Assembly: GCF_009914755.1 (NCBI RefSeq)
Contig: NC_060936.1
Direction: 5' to 3' (one strand)
Length of the DNA: 64,000 nt
From: the human T2T-CHM13v2.0 reference genome, Homo sapiens
Part shown: positions 61,637-64,000 of the stretch, piece by piece
Numbering within the stretch: position 1 is the first letter of the stretch
How the letters are laid out: each line of letters begins with the position of its first letter
Notes under the pieces: model-generated
The model's database searches: none
Seen by the model: the letters and a program-made list of their open reading frames with translations, nothing else
What the model was told of the DNA's origin: nothing
Made by a program: the position numbers and the translations under genes

Positions 61637-62450
61637 ATTATTGAGTTTTAAGAGTATTTTGTGTATTTTTGATAACAGTCCTTTATCAGCTGCATCTTTG
61701 GCAAATATTTTCTCCCAGTCTGTGTCTTGTCTGCCCATTCTTTTGATGTCTTTCACACAGAAGCATTTTTAATTTTAATGAAGTCTGAATTATCAATCAT
61801 TTTTTTCATGGATTGTGCCCTTGATGTTGTATCTAAAAAGTTATCACCAAACCCAAGAACACCTAGATTTTGTCCTGTGTTATCTCCTAGTAGTTTTATA
61901 GTTTTGTGTTTTGCACTTGGGTCTATGATTCATTTTGAGGTACTATTTTGAAGGGTGTGAGATCTGGGTTTAGATTCTTTTTTTGGGAGTGGGGAGGCAT
62001 GTATCCAGTTGTTCCGACATCATTTGATGAAAAAAGTATTTTTTTCTCTATTGTATTGCCTTTTCTCTTTTGGCAAAGATCAGTTGACTATATTTTTGTG
62101 GATCTATTTCTGACTTGTCTATTATGTTCCACTGGTCTATTTGTATATTCTTTCACCAATACCATACTGTCTTTTTGTTTTGTTTCAACACTCTTTATCT
62201 TAAATAATGCTTAAATTGAATATGAAATATAGGTTCCTTTTTAGAGTAGTAACTTTCCTCTCATGTTCCTTTTTTTTTCAAATTTATGTTTTTAGTTGAC
62301 AAAGTTTTATATATATACATATATTAACGTGTACAGTGTGCTATTTTGAGGTATATATATACATTGTGAAATGACTAAATCTGGCTAATCGATGCACTGT
62401 TTAGATTACTGTAGCTTTATATAGTAGGTCTTGAAGTTAGGTAATATCCA
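61637..62450 (-). mobile_element. L1MB-type ORF2 portion (continuation of 45225-46192), with a small nested L1MA-like 3' fragment at ~62270-62390
   Basis: Minus ORF 61514-61756 (KRMGRQDTDWEKIFAKDAADKGLLSKIHK); sequence is colinear across the TSD. Confidence 0.78.
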
Positions 62451-63401
62451 TTGTCAAAAAAAAAAGAAATGAAAGTTGATAAGGAGTTCCTCAAAACTCA
62501 GAAATGACAAGAAAACAAACATATAGGTATAGTAAGTTATTGCTGAGAATTATCTATCTAGAGTAAGGAGGAATGTGCCTCCAGGTACCTGCCAAAAAGC
62601 ACTTAAAAAGCTTTCTGAGTTGAAACAGTTTAAATTCACACTTCTAGAAATTCACATTAATGCGGATATATAGAACATAAATTAACTAAAAAAATAAGAA
62701 AACACTAAACATCTCAGGAAATAAGCCACAAGAATGATAGTAAATAGAAATACAAACTACAAAATTAGCCCATTTGAATACTTAAGATAGTGGATTCATC
62801 AGATACAGAATATGAAATAAGTATCTTTAGTTTAATCAAATGCATAAAAATTGATTTGATAATGTAATTAAGCAACGAGACCAGTAAAATTAGAAAACTA
62901 AAAAAATAGTGATTCTAAAAATGAAAACTATTATTGATATTACAAACTCAATGGATGGATTAAAGAAAATTAGAACTACGGACCAACAAAAGTGAACCCA
63001 TTCTATTGTTACTATGCATTATCTATGCAGTTATATATTAAGTTCCAAAGGCAACACACTTTATTTGGGATTGTTATCTAATGTTATAAACTTGACATTT
63101 TCTTAGGACTCACATGACCTAAAATACTGGCAATTTTCTATAGAGACTTAAGAAATTTTTTCTGTCTTCTGGTGCTGTTACTCAAAAAGATATATTAGCA
63201 AGCATTCTTGACCCTTTTGAACACATAGAGCACTCAGCTATGAACTTAGACAACTTTAAACTCACCAGTTACCTTAATATTGGCAACATAGTGAAAAAGG
63301 GACCAGTCTAAGATTTAGAAAAAGGTTCCTAATTTGCCACTAAATAGCTCTTGCATCCTGGATGTCACTTAACTTTTCTCAATCTCATTTGAAAATATAT
63401 C

Positions 63402-63769
63402 TATATTAGTTTGTTCTCATGCTGCTATGAAGAAATACCTAAGATTGGGTAATTTATAAAGGAAAGAGGTTTAATTCACTGACAGTTCTACAGGGCTGGG
63501 GAGGCCTCAGGAAACTTGCAATCATGGCAGAAGGAGAAGCAAACACATCCCTCTTCACATGGTGGCAGTGAGGAGAAGTGGTGAACAAAAGGGGGAAAAG
63601 CCCCTTATAAAACCATCAGATCTGGTGAGAACTCACTATCACAAGAACAGCATGGAGGTAACCACCCCCATGATTCAATTACCTCCCATCAGATTTCTAC
63701 TACCATATGTGGGGATTATGGGAACTACAATTCAAGATATTTGTGTGGGGACACACCCAAACCATATCA
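63402..63769 (-). mobile_element. THE1C/D-like solo LTR
   Basis: tatattagtttgttctcatgctgctatgaagaaatacc...gggacacacccaaaccatatca. Confidence 0.88.
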
Positions 63770-64000
63770 ATCTGTGTATCTTCTCTTTATTTTAAAAAAA
63801 TGCATTTTTATTTGTAAGTTCATCTGAGTATAGCTACAGTAAATATCTAAAGTTGATTTTTCTACCCTCAGGCTAGTAGTTAAACACTGATTAGGAGCTC
63901 TAGTAAATATCTGTACCTAAGAAATTGATGCCTAAGATTTATTCTTAATATTTTGAGGTAGCTGCCACAGGAGAAAAGAGCATGAGATGCTATTTCTTGA

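Noticed and set aside
60300-61650. Cluster of overlapping ORFs in GC-richer sequence as a gene or CpG island
   Set aside because: This is the CpG-depleted 5' UTR of the old antisense L1; the ORFs reflect low stop-codon density.

Overview
Hominid (human-like) genomic DNA, AT-rich and dominated by repeats; nothing prokaryotic is present. Five GT-AG coding exons on the + strand (6450-6539, 7194-7315, 7833-7928, 8182-8264, 14780-14881) splice in frame into a peptide I recognise as the C-terminal region of LRRIQ1. The rest of the window (>49 kb) looks like one long intron with layered L1, Alu, MIR/L2, MaLR and ERV-L insertions. The most unusual structure is at 21360-23198. It is a 5'-truncated HERV-L with an intact 3' LTR, whose integrase is fused through a 7-nt microhomology to about 50 nt of 28S rRNA, and the whole insert is flanked by a diverged ~44/53-bp duplication. 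This is consistent with a reverse-transcriptase template switch onto rRNA followed by one-ended integration. Other points of interest: an orphan 130-bp HERV-L piece inside a (TA)n tract; an ancient class-III ERV carrying a gamma-type env remnant; a twin-primed L1PA2 with a 680-nt gap; two L1PA2 copies sharing non-consensus bases; hairpin-rich AT islands; and a candidate recursive splice site or microexon. Gene, subfamily and rRNA assignments come from remembered sequences, not database searches.
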